Shown here: positions 18,277 through 26,357 of the stretch, one piece after another | How the letters are laid out: every line of letters begins with the position of its first letter | How positions within the stretch are numbered: the stretch's first letter is position 1 | Assembly (NCBI GenBank): GCA_036401335.1 | Contig: DASWVC010000276.1 | Location: forward strand, 741 to 64,740 | Source of the DNA: Chthoniobacterales bacterium | GTDB taxonomy: Bacteria > Verrucomicrobiota > Verrucomicrobiia > Chthoniobacterales > JAFAMB01 | Direction: 5' to 3' | Length of the DNA stretch: 64,000 nt | Made by a program: the position numbers and the translations under genes | The notes under the pieces: model-generated | The model's database searches: none | What the model was told of the DNA's origin: nothing | The model's input: the letters and a program-made list of their open reading frames with translations, nothing else

Positions 18277-18554
18277 AATTCACCCCCGATGCCTGGCAGA
18301 CGGGCACCGCACCCGCTGAGCCGTATGCGCAATCCGGCGATGACGATTCTGCGGACCTGTTCGAGCGTGACGACAGCCAACCGGCGCAGCTCGAAATAAC
18401 CAACCTCGGATTCGAGATCCGACCGAAGCTTTGGCTTGATGGGGACCGCTCGAAAGGTTCTCCAGCCCTGATCCTTCGGCTCGAAGCATCGCTTGAGTGG
18501 CTGATCCCGGCAGCAGCGCTCGTCTGGGCGGTGCACGGTCTCCTTAGCCTTTGA
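18273..18554 (+). CDS. small hypothetical with acidic N-terminus and C-terminal TM helix (cassette gene B2)
   Basis: MKFTPDAWQTG...DDDSADLFERDDSQ...LEWLIPAAALVWAVHGLLSL. It starts with MKFxP like B1 and is coupled to A2 through ATGA. Confidence 0.4.
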   Translation: MKFTPDAWQTGTAPAEPYAQSGDDDSADLFERDDSQPAQLEITNLGFEIRPKLWLDGDRSKGSPALILRLEASLEWLIPAAALVWAVHGLLSL

Positions 18555-18639
18555 AACTTTCCCGGGCCAGCCATCGGAACTTCGACGGCACTAAGGTAAC
18601 AGGGTTCGGGTTGGAAAAACCCGGGGATTGGCCCGGCCG

Positions 18640-18678
18640 GTAGGGCGGCGAAGGGACTCGCCGCCCTACCGAACCCCC
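18640..18678 (+). repeat. GC-rich hairpin repeat, family 1, copy B
   Basis: GTAGGGCGGCGA-agggac-TCGCCGCCCTAC forms a 12-bp perfect stem, followed by CGAACCCCC. It lies between the convergent 3' ends of B2 and the MBL gene. Confidence 0.75.
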
Positions 18679-18780
18679 AATTCCTGCGTACGCCAGAAGA
18701 CAAGGGCGCCTTTTCCGCCCCAAAAGCTTTTATCTTAGTGCCACTGCGGTGTGACCCTCTATGGTCCAGATTTCCTTAAA

Positions 18781-19680
18781 TTACTGCCATTGGAGAGACG
18801 GGACGAACCGAAACGATCCGCTGGCAGCTTCCGAGTATCCGATCCCAGGATAAGGAAAATGATAACCCAAAAGCTTAGGTTTATCTTTCGACGTCCGATC
18901 CAGAAAGGCCAATCGAGTTTGGATCGCCGTCTCAGAATCAAAGTCGAAGCCGTTCTGCCATGTCGGGTGCTCGAATGAAATGCACTCGTGGGTAACGGAA
19001 TCGCCGGTGATGATCAGGCCTGTCCCGCCTTCCAGTTCCAGTGAGAGGTGCCCTGATGTGTGCCCCGGCGTGCTCAAGACACGGATGCCCCCGACAATTT
19101 CGTCGCCCGGTTTCATGAAGGTGACCCGATCCTGGATGGCTCCGAGATTTTGCTGAGTTTCCGGAACCACGCTCCGGAAATCTTGAGGGAGCCGCAGTGC
19201 CACATCTGACGCCATCCAGAAATCCCATTCACTTGCGCCAACGTAATAAGCAGCATTCGGATACCGCAGCTTATTTTCGGAATCCAGCAGGCCCCAGAGG
19301 TGGTCCGGGTGCGCATGAGTGAAAACCACCTTGGTAATCGATGCCGGATCGGTCCCATTAGCACGCAGAGCGTCCGGCAGAAGGCCCTCCGTTGGCTGAA
19401 AGTGCTTGCCGCCGCCAACATCGACCAGGATGAGATCCGTGCCATGACGAACGAGCGGAATATTCGTTCTCAGATAAACCATCGACGTTGGTGCGTCCGA
19501 CCCGGCTAGTGCCGCCTGTAATTCTGCGGGCGGTGCGTCTTGGGCCATAAAGCCGGCCGGCACGACCAGGCAACCGTCGCTCAACACGGTGAGGTCAAAA
19601 GGCCCGTGACGAAAACGGCAAGGGTTGCTAGCCGACGCACCGATCCTGTGAGAAGACCCGTACGATCGAAGCGCGTTCAC
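18781..19680 (-). CDS. MBL-fold metallo-hydrolase (lactonase-like)
   Basis: 299 aa. It reads ...LILVDVGGG...VVFTHAHPDHLWGL...STPGHTSGHLS...GDSV. Confidence 0.85.
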   Translation of the reverse strand: MNALRSYGSSHRIGASASNPCRFRHGPFDLTVLSDGCLVVPAGFMAQDAPPAELQAALAGSDAPTSMVYLRTNIPLVRHGTDLILVDVGGGKHFQPTEGLLPDALRANGTDPASITKVVFTHAHPDHLWGLLDSENKLRYPNAAYYVGASEWDFWMASDVALRLPQDFRSVVPETQQNLGAIQDRVTFMKPGDEIVGGIRVLSTPGHTSGHLSLELEGGTGLIITGDSVTHECISFEHPTWQNGFDFDSETAIQTRLAFLDRTSKDKPKLLGYHFPYPGIGYSEAASGSFRFVPSLQWQ

Positions 19681-20081
19681 GGGTTAATTGATTGGTGAAC
19701 CTCGCGGCCGTCAAGGTCGCCAATCAACCGCCCCACGAAAGTGAGGAACGCGACGAAAGCGGCGACGCACACCGTCAACCAGAAATCGCGCCATCCAATC
19801 ACCGTCCAGTCGATGACGGTGGTAAAGATCGCAGCCGTGACGGAAACGGTTCCCGACCAAGCGATCTGGAGAAGCCGTGCCATGATGGCACGTTCGACCA
19901 GGGCCGCGTCCGCGGGCACCGCGAGGCTTGCACCGGACGGTTGCGTCCGCGGGATGGCGTTGCCCGCTTTCAGGTTTGCACGCGCCAGTGCGGCGGTTGC
20001 GCGAAAGGGGTCTGCACTTATTAAAACATCCATAGGATAAGTTTCTTTATTGATTCCAGAGTTGAAAAAAAGGTTGTTCAA
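19677..20081 (-). CDS. hypothetical membrane protein
   Basis: 134-aa ORF. Its stop overlaps the MBL start by 4 nt. Two C-terminal hydrophobic helices: VSVTAAIFTTVIDWTVIGW and FWLTVCVAAFVAFLTFVGRLIG. The start may be the internal ATG at 20033. Confidence 0.45.
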   Translation of the reverse strand: MNNLFFNSGINKETYPMDVLISADPFRATAALARANLKAGNAIPRTQPSGASLAVPADAALVERAIMARLLQIAWSGTVSVTAAIFTTVIDWTVIGWRDFWLTVCVAAFVAFLTFVGRLIGDLDGREVHQSINP

Positions 20082-20350
20082 CGACGGCGCGGGGCGTCCA
20101 GCGCGGCCGACACAAGTTGGTTAGCTGGGGCTGCGGCGGAACAACTTGGGCGGTAGTCAAGTTGGTTTGTCCTGTGTAGGTTAGCGCCGAGTGACGCGGC
20201 GCAATGATCCTCACCGAGCCAAAAGAGGCTAAGCAACTCCGCAAATTGCTCCTCGTAGGCGTTGCCGGCCGCGGGATGTTCTCGCCGGTTCCTTCCATTC
20301 GGGATTCGGCCGGTGCGAGCCTTCCCTTTTTGGTTCACTGTTGGATTCAT
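20078..20350 (-). CDS. small ORF with a basic N-terminus (very tentative)
   Basis: MNPTVNQKGKARTGRIPNGRNRREHP... Its stop overlaps the next ORF by 4 nt. A decayed homologous start (MHPTMNPRGARRMGRRGRTF...) sits in the K3 flank at about 28680. Confidence 0.3.
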   Translation of the reverse strand: MNPTVNQKGKARTGRIPNGRNRREHPAAGNAYEEQFAELLSLFWLGEDHCAASLGANLHRTNQLDYRPSCSAAAPANQLVSAALDAPRRR

Positions 20351-20542
20351 GCATGCCTTCTTTAACAGTTTCCGTGCCGCACCCAACTTAACTGCGTAAC
20401 CCGCTGCCGGTCAGCTACCTATGCGAAACACCGGGCGGATGCAGCGGGGTGCGACGTTTCGAACCGACGATTTTTCGTATGGAGGCATTGCGAGATTTCA
20501 CGCGCAAGCTGTGTACCGGCCGCTCAGAGACTGCTATTTTGG

Positions 20543-23500
20543 TCACACGCTTACGGCTGACAACGCAAACTGAAAAGTCACTCCTGGGCCGTCGTTTGCG
20601 GTGGCCCAGAGCCTTCCGGCGTGGTTTTCCACGATGGAACGGCTGATCGACAAGCCCATGCCCAGGCCCCCTGGCTTGGTGGTGTGAAAGGCTGTGAAGG
20701 CCTTCTCCAGGTTTGCCAGGTCAAGCCCGGGGCCAGAGTCTCGCACCGCCACCCGAACCTCCGGGCCGCCGTGGACCTGCGTCCCGACCACCAACTCCCG
20801 CGGCCGCCCCTCGACGGTGCCCATGGCCTCAATCGCGTTGAGGATCAGGTTTAGGATCACTTGCTGCAGTTGCACCCGGTCGCCCAGGACGGGGGGCAGG
20901 TGCTCAGCCAAATCCAGCCGCAGAATGGCCCGCCGCTTGTCCATTTCGCTGCGCGCCAAAACAATTACTTCCCGAATGACCTCGTTGAGGTCCAGAGGCT
21001 CCTTGGCCGTTTCCGCTTTCTTAAAGAGCGCCCGGATGCGGGCGATGACCTCACCGGCCCGGCGCCCGTCCCGAATGATGCGCTGAAGCGCTTCACGGGC
21101 TTCGGCCAGGTTGACGGAATCCCCCTTCACCCCAGCCAGCCAACGCAGGCAGGCGTTGCCATTGAGGACAACGCCCGCGATGGGTTGATTTACTTCATGC
21201 GCGATCGAGGCGGCCAGCTCGCCCATGGTTGTCACCCGCGTCACATGGGCCAACTCGGCCTGCGCCTTCCGCAAGTCCGCTTCGCTTCGCCGCAGCTCTG
21301 CTTCCGCCTGCTTTCGCTCCGTGATGTCCATGACCACGCCGATGTACTCCTCCACCTCACCCGAATCCTGGGCAACAGGGCGCCCGGCGCCCTGTACGTA
21401 GGTCACCTTCCGATCCGGCAACACGATCCGAAACTCCTGGTCGAAAGAGCCTCCCACGCGGATCGCGTCGACAATTGTCTGCACCGCAGAAGCACGATCT
21501 CCCGGGTGAATCAGACCGGCAAACCCGTCGAAAGTCAGCTCCCCAGCCTCAGGGGTGATCCCAAACATGCGCCGCTGTTCAGTTGACCAGACCAGTCTTC
21601 CCGTTGTGATGTTCCACGCCCAACTTCCCGTGCGGCTAATCCGCTGACCCTCGGCCAGCAATCCCTCGCTGCGGCGCAGCTCATCCTCAGCGCGCTTGCG
21701 TTCCAGGTTCTCCCGCTCCAGCTCGGCATAAAGCCGGGCGTTCTCCAACGAAATGGCGGCTTGTGACGCCAGCAGCTCCAGCACGGCTACCCGGTCGGAG
21801 GTGAAGGCGCGCGCCGTGAGGTTGTTTTCAAGGTAAAGGGCGCCGGCCAGCTTCGTCTGGTTGACGATCGGCAGGCAAAGGACGGACCTGGGACGCTTCG
21901 TACGCACGTACTCGTCCTCCGAATACAAGGTGCGGACGGATGCATCATCGAGGACCACGCTTTCTCGGGTCCGGATCACATAATGGAGCACGGTTTCCGC
22001 AAGGTCGGAGGGCGTCACTGCGGCCGCTCGCGACGTGACCTCAACCTTGCCGCGACCAGTTGTGACCTCCGCTTCGATCCACGGCTCGTTGTTGCGGAAA
22101 AGAATCAGCAGACCGCGCGCGGCCCCCGCGTGCTCCACTGCGATCACCAGGAGCGTTTCGACTAACTTTTCGAGGACAATCTCGCCGGAGACTGCCTGCG
22201 ACGCCTTGATCACGGTCGCCAGATCCAACCGGTCAACGAGCGTGCCGACCGCAGCCGTCGGAGAGGCGGGGGCTTGTTCCGGGCGCAGGTGCGGGTAGAG
22301 ATCATCGAGTTGGCGCACCTTGCCGTCGGCACCCCATCGAATGTAGCAATGACGCGCCTTTTGAAGGTAAGCGTCAGCGATCGTGTCGAAACCGCGCCCG
22401 GCATAGAAGCGCGCGGCTCCTTCATTGGCGATGGCTTCGTTCTGGACAAAGCCATTTTCGTGCGCTGAGCGGATCGCCTGGTTGTAAAGGTGTTCGGCAT
22501 CTAATTGCCTGCCTTCGATGCGGGCAATCTCGGCACCGACGAGCGCAGCGCGGTGCCCAAAATTCTCCGGGCAGATCTCCGCCCAAAGGGCGATCTGCAG
22601 GTGGGCCGCGCCGAGCACCTCCCGGCACTGAAGGCGCTCCTCGGAGGGCGCGGAGTCGTACCATCCTGCCCGCGCGAGCGCGTCATAAAAAAGGTATTCC
22701 GCCGACTCAAATTGGGGTGGCCGGTTTTGCAGGAGCGGGGCGGCCTTTGTGGCGGCTGCGAGCGCAACCGGGTAATCCTGCGCGATAACGCACGCCTGCA
22801 GCTTGCGAATCCAGTACCAGCAGGCCGCAAATACCAGACGGGCATCGGTTCCTAAGCGCTGCTCAAACCGGCCCTCGTCGAACTCCGCCTCGTTGAACGA
22901 GGCAAAACCCGGGGTCAGACCCTGGAGCGTCTGGATGAACCAGAGCTGTCCCGCAATGATATCGGCGATGTAACCAAACTTTGCTTTTCGCGCGAACTCG
23001 AACCCGATCTGGGCTTCGCGCAGCACTTCGCCCAGTGGATCTCCGGCGGCGAGCAACAGCGTGACCAGGCGATCGCAGGCATAGACCGCGTATTTAATGT
23101 CGGCAGCGTCCTGTGCGGAATTGAAAGAACGCCGCAGCAGATCGAGGCTGGTGCGTACGTGCCGGGACCAGGGATTGACGAAGTAAGCGAAACATTGGGA
23201 GACGCGGGCCCTGAAGCGCTCCAAGCCGCGCCTTTCCACCAAGTCCAAGGCGAGCCGGCCGAAGCGGAAAGCGGCCTGGTGATCGCCGAACCGCGGCCCA
23301 ACCAGCCAACCAAGGTGGACATAGGCGACGCAGGAGCCATCGGTATTGCCATGCTCCAGGCTGAGGTTCACCATGCGCGCCAGAACGAGGCACCGCAGGT
23401 TCTCGTCGATGAAATGGGCGGGTTCCTCGACGACGGTGAGCACGTCGAGCGTGGCCCGGCAGTCGGGGTCCCTCATCGGGGGGAGGTCAACCAGCGCCTC

Positions 23501-26116
23501 AATGGGCCGGCTCCCGAGCTGGTGCCAAATCCGGTCGTATTCCCGCCGTACCTCTTCTTCGGTTGGGTGCAGTGACCACTCGACGCCTGCACCCCGCAAG
23601 TAGGAGAGGCCGGCTTCGACGGCACGATCGCTCTGATCCAAGGTAGTGTAGAGTTCCGTCTGCAGCCGCGTAACGGCGGCACGATCGACGAGGTCGCGGG
23701 CACGCAACGACAGCATCGAGAGCCGGTCTTCCGCAGCGCCGAAGTCGCCCGTGAGAAACTCGCACTCGGCCCGGTGAAACTCGAGTGCGAACGTGAGGCT
23801 TGGCTGCTGCTCCCAACTGTCTTCGGCCAGCAGCGAGCAGCCAGTGAGAAGGTAGGTCAGCGCCGAGCCGTAGGCGGTCGACATCTTGGCGCGCTTGCCC
23901 GCTGCAAGGTTCAGCTCGGCAACGTGCATGCGCTCCTCACGTGCGGTGATCAGCGCGGCACCCCGGTTAAGCTGGTTGACGATTTCAAAAACGTTTTCTT
24001 CCAGCTCGGCCGCGGGCGTCCGTGATGCGAGCATTCGGCCAATCCGAAGGTGAACCGCCGCCCGGTCCCCCTCTGGAATCAACGCATAGGCCGCTTCCTG
24101 AACCCGGTCATGGAGGAAGGTGTAGGCGTCCTCCGTGCAGAAGACGAGACCCGTGCGGACGGCGTCCCAGAGTGCCGCGTGAATTGCCGTCTCCGATTCG
24201 CCGCAAACCAGGCTGACGGTCGCGCTCCCGGCGCCGTTGCCCAGGCATGCAAGCTGTTGCAAAACGTTCTGGGTACGGACCGGCAGGCGGTTCAGCTTCG
24301 CGGCCATGAGTTCTGCGCCGTTGTCGCTGAAACGCTTCGTTTTGATGCGCTCCACGTCCCAGGTCCAGGCAGCCCGGTCCTGATCGAACGTCAGCAGCCT
24401 TTCCTCGGCCAACGCCGTTAAGAACTGGATGGCGAAGAACGGATTGCCGCGGGTCTTATCCTGCACCAGTTGGGCCAAGGGTCGCGCCGCTTCCGGACCG
24501 CAGTGGAGGGCCTCGGCGACGAGCCGGCCGACATCGTCGAGGCCCAGGGGCGCCAACACCAGGGCCTGCACGCGCGCGCCGGCCTGGCGGACCGCCTCCA
24601 GGGCGCGCGTGAGCGGGTGAGCTGGGCCGACCTCGTTCTCCCGGTAGGCGCCGATGAGCAGCAAGTTGCGCACGCCCGGCCCGGTGAGCAGGTGTTCCAG
24701 CAGGTCCAGCGTCGCCGCATCCAGCCACTGGAGGTCGTCGAGGAACAGCGCCAGCGGGCGCCCGGGCCGGGCGAAGACGCGGAGGAAGCGCCGCACCACC
24801 CTTTGGAATCGGTTCTTGGTGTCGGCCGGCGGCAGGTCGGGGACCGGCGGTTGTGGGCCGAGGAGGAGTTCCAGCTCGGGGATGAGGTTCACCAGGAGCT
24901 GGCCGTGGGTCCCCAGGGCTTCCCGCAGGGCGTGCCGCCACGGGGCCACGTCCGCCTCGCGCTGCGCCAGCACCTGCCCGACCAGTCCCTGGAACGCCTG
25001 GGCCAGTGTCGCATACGGAATGCCGCGCTGGTACTGGTCGAACTTGCCCGAGGCAAACAGGCCCCCGCGCGCCGCCAGCGCCGGGTGCAGTTCCTGGACC
25101 ACCGACGACTTGCCCACCCCGGCGTAGCCCGACACCAGCACCAGTTCCGTCGCGCCTTCGGCCACGACCCGTGCAAAAACCGTCCGCAGCAGCTCGGTTT
25201 CGCGCCCCCGCCCGTAAAGCGTTTCGGGCACCCGCAACTCCCCCGAGGCGTCGTGCGCGCCGAGGGCAAAGGGCTCAATCCGGCCGTGGGCTTCCCACGC
25301 CGCCAGGCAGCGCCGCAGGTCGGCTTCCACGCCCGCGGCCGTTTGGTAACGGTCCTCGGGCGCCTTGGCCAGGAGCTTCATGATCAGCTCCGACACCACT
25401 TCTGGGATGGTTTCGAGGCGCTCATGCGGTGGGGTGGGCAACCGTGCCAGGTGGCAGTGCACCCATTCCAGCGGGTCGGCGGCCGTGAACGGCCGCGCCC
25501 CGACGAGCATTTCGTAGAAGGTTACTCCCAGGGAGTAAAGGTCGCTCCGGGAATCGACCGAGCGGTTCATCCGCCCCGTTTGCTCCGGCGCCAGGTAGGC
25601 CAGTGTCCCGGTCAGCACCGCCGGTGCTTGCAGGGCCGGGCGGTGGCGCGGCCGGCGCAACGCCGACCCAAAACCGCTCAGCCACGCCTGACCCGTCGCG
25701 ACGTTGACCAACAGGTGGGCCGGCCTGAGGTCGCGGTGGATGAGCCCGCGCGCGTGAAAACGGCCCACCGCGGCCACGATACCTCGGGCCAGCCGCAGGA
25801 ACGCCGGCACGGCCAGGGGCGCCCCGAGCAAGCCGCCCAGGAACTCCCCCCCGGGGTCCTCGACCAGGAGCGCCGGCCGGCCCTGCAACTCCCGGACCTC
25901 CAGCGGGCGGGCCGCCCAGGCAGGGTCCAACTCGTCCCGCAGTGCCCAGGCTTGCTGAAACAGGGTGAGGCTCGCCGGGAGCAACGCCTCCGAACCCGCG
26001 ACCAGCAGCAGCACCGGCCGGCCGTCGCTCTCCCTGCGCCCCCGTGAGATGACGAGCTCCGGGTCTTCCCACCGCTTCTCGAACTGGCCCGCGGAAAACC
26101 CAGTCACGGTCGGCAC
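20543..26116 (-). CDS. K1: trifunctional-type Ser/Thr (pseudo)kinase / STAND AAA ATPase / sensor histidine kinase (1857 aa)
   Basis: Domain evidence, N- to C-terminal:
- Hanks-like domain: HRDLRPAH at nt 25738-25715, GTLAYLAPEQTGRMNRS, DRYQTAAG.
- Walker A GYAGVGKSS (Lys codon 25111-25109) and Walker B LALFLDDLQWLD.
- About 700 aa of helical/TPR-like sequence.
- GAF: ...VSGEIVLEKL...LYLENNL...
- PAS: GSWAWNITTGRLVWS...
- H-box SIAHEVNQP (His codon 21199-21197).
- HATPase boxes LNLILNAIEAM, DSGPGL, GGLGMGLSISRSIV.
The start codon is GTG. Confidence 0.9.
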   Translation of the reverse strand: MPTVTGFSAGQFEKRWEDPELVISRGRRESDGRPVLLLVAGSEALLPASLTLFQQAWALRDELDPAWAARPLEVRELQGRPALLVEDPGGEFLGGLLGAPLAVPAFLRLARGIVAAVGRFHARGLIHRDLRPAHLLVNVATGQAWLSGFGSALRRPRHRPALQAPAVLTGTLAYLAPEQTGRMNRSVDSRSDLYSLGVTFYEMLVGARPFTAADPLEWVHCHLARLPTPPHERLETIPEVVSELIMKLLAKAPEDRYQTAAGVEADLRRCLAAWEAHGRIEPFALGAHDASGELRVPETLYGRGRETELLRTVFARVVAEGATELVLVSGYAGVGKSSVVQELHPALAARGGLFASGKFDQYQRGIPYATLAQAFQGLVGQVLAQREADVAPWRHALREALGTHGQLLVNLIPELELLLGPQPPVPDLPPADTKNRFQRVVRRFLRVFARPGRPLALFLDDLQWLDAATLDLLEHLLTGPGVRNLLLIGAYRENEVGPAHPLTRALEAVRQAGARVQALVLAPLGLDDVGRLVAEALHCGPEAARPLAQLVQDKTRGNPFFAIQFLTALAEERLLTFDQDRAAWTWDVERIKTKRFSDNGAELMAAKLNRLPVRTQNVLQQLACLGNGAGSATVSLVCGESETAIHAALWDAVRTGLVFCTEDAYTFLHDRVQEAAYALIPEGDRAAVHLRIGRMLASRTPAAELEENVFEIVNQLNRGAALITAREERMHVAELNLAAGKRAKMSTAYGSALTYLLTGCSLLAEDSWEQQPSLTFALEFHRAECEFLTGDFGAAEDRLSMLSLRARDLVDRAAVTRLQTELYTTLDQSDRAVEAGLSYLRGAGVEWSLHPTEEEVRREYDRIWHQLGSRPIEALVDLPPMRDPDCRATLDVLTVVEEPAHFIDENLRCLVLARMVNLSLEHGNTDGSCVAYVHLGWLVGPRFGDHQAAFRFGRLALDLVERRGLERFRARVSQCFAYFVNPWSRHVRTSLDLLRRSFNSAQDAADIKYAVYACDRLVTLLLAAGDPLGEVLREAQIGFEFARKAKFGYIADIIAGQLWFIQTLQGLTPGFASFNEAEFDEGRFEQRLGTDARLVFAACWYWIRKLQACVIAQDYPVALAAATKAAPLLQNRPPQFESAEYLFYDALARAGWYDSAPSEERLQCREVLGAAHLQIALWAEICPENFGHRAALVGAEIARIEGRQLDAEHLYNQAIRSAHENGFVQNEAIANEGAARFYAGRGFDTIADAYLQKARHCYIRWGADGKVRQLDDLYPHLRPEQAPASPTAAVGTLVDRLDLATVIKASQAVSGEIVLEKLVETLLVIAVEHAGAARGLLILFRNNEPWIEAEVTTGRGKVEVTSRAAAVTPSDLAETVLHYVIRTRESVVLDDASVRTLYSEDEYVRTKRPRSVLCLPIVNQTKLAGALYLENNLTARAFTSDRVAVLELLASQAAISLENARLYAELERENLERKRAEDELRRSEGLLAEGQRISRTGSWAWNITTGRLVWSTEQRRMFGITPEAGELTFDGFAGLIHPGDRASAVQTIVDAIRVGGSFDQEFRIVLPDRKVTYVQGAGRPVAQDSGEVEEYIGVVMDITERKQAEAELRRSEADLRKAQAELAHVTRVTTMGELAASIAHEVNQPIAGVVLNGNACLRWLAGVKGDSVNLAEAREALQRIIRDGRRAGEVIARIRALFKKAETAKEPLDLNEVIREVIVLARSEMDKRRAILRLDLAEHLPPVLGDRVQLQQVILNLILNAIEAMGTVEGRPRELVVGTQVHGGPEVRVAVRDSGPGLDLANLEKAFTAFHTTKPGGLGMGLSISRSIVENHAGRLWATANDGPGVTFQFALSAVSV

Positions 26117-26294
26117 CCCTCCGGTCTACGCCACCCCGGCGGGCCCTTGGCGCCGACGCGCCTGAGCAAAGAATCCAGCGGCCTCACATGCCGTGAGATC
26201 ATCCTGTTCGGTGCATGCATGATCCCTCTCTTCAACTCAGTTTACCTGCCGTCCCCCACGCTGTTCTTCCTTCTCTCCTGCCGCCCTGGCCGCC

Positions 26295-26324
26295 CGCCGT
26301 CCATGCGACCTTGGTATCATGGCC
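26295..26324. repeat. 30-nt exact repeat (second copy at 47389-47418; 15-nt core also at 33507-33521)
   Basis: CGCCGTCCATGCGACCTTGGTATCATGGCC is identical at both sites. The core CTTGGTATCATGGCC lies about 53 nt upstream (minus strand) of the intact REC gene start. Confidence 0.8.
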
Positions 26325-26357
26325 CGTCCCGGGCCGGTCCGTCTCCCGACGCCGGAC

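Noticed and set aside
24470-26047. Long plus-strand ORFs antisense to real genes: 24470..26047 (525 aa), 31340..33439 (699 aa), 27327..28493 (388 aa), 62943..63878 (311 aa), 20861..21586 and 33706..34617.
   Set aside because: Their translations are Arg/Pro/Gly-rich low-complexity sequence with no motifs. Each lies opposite a strongly supported minus-strand gene. Stop-poor antisense frames are expected in high-GC DNA.
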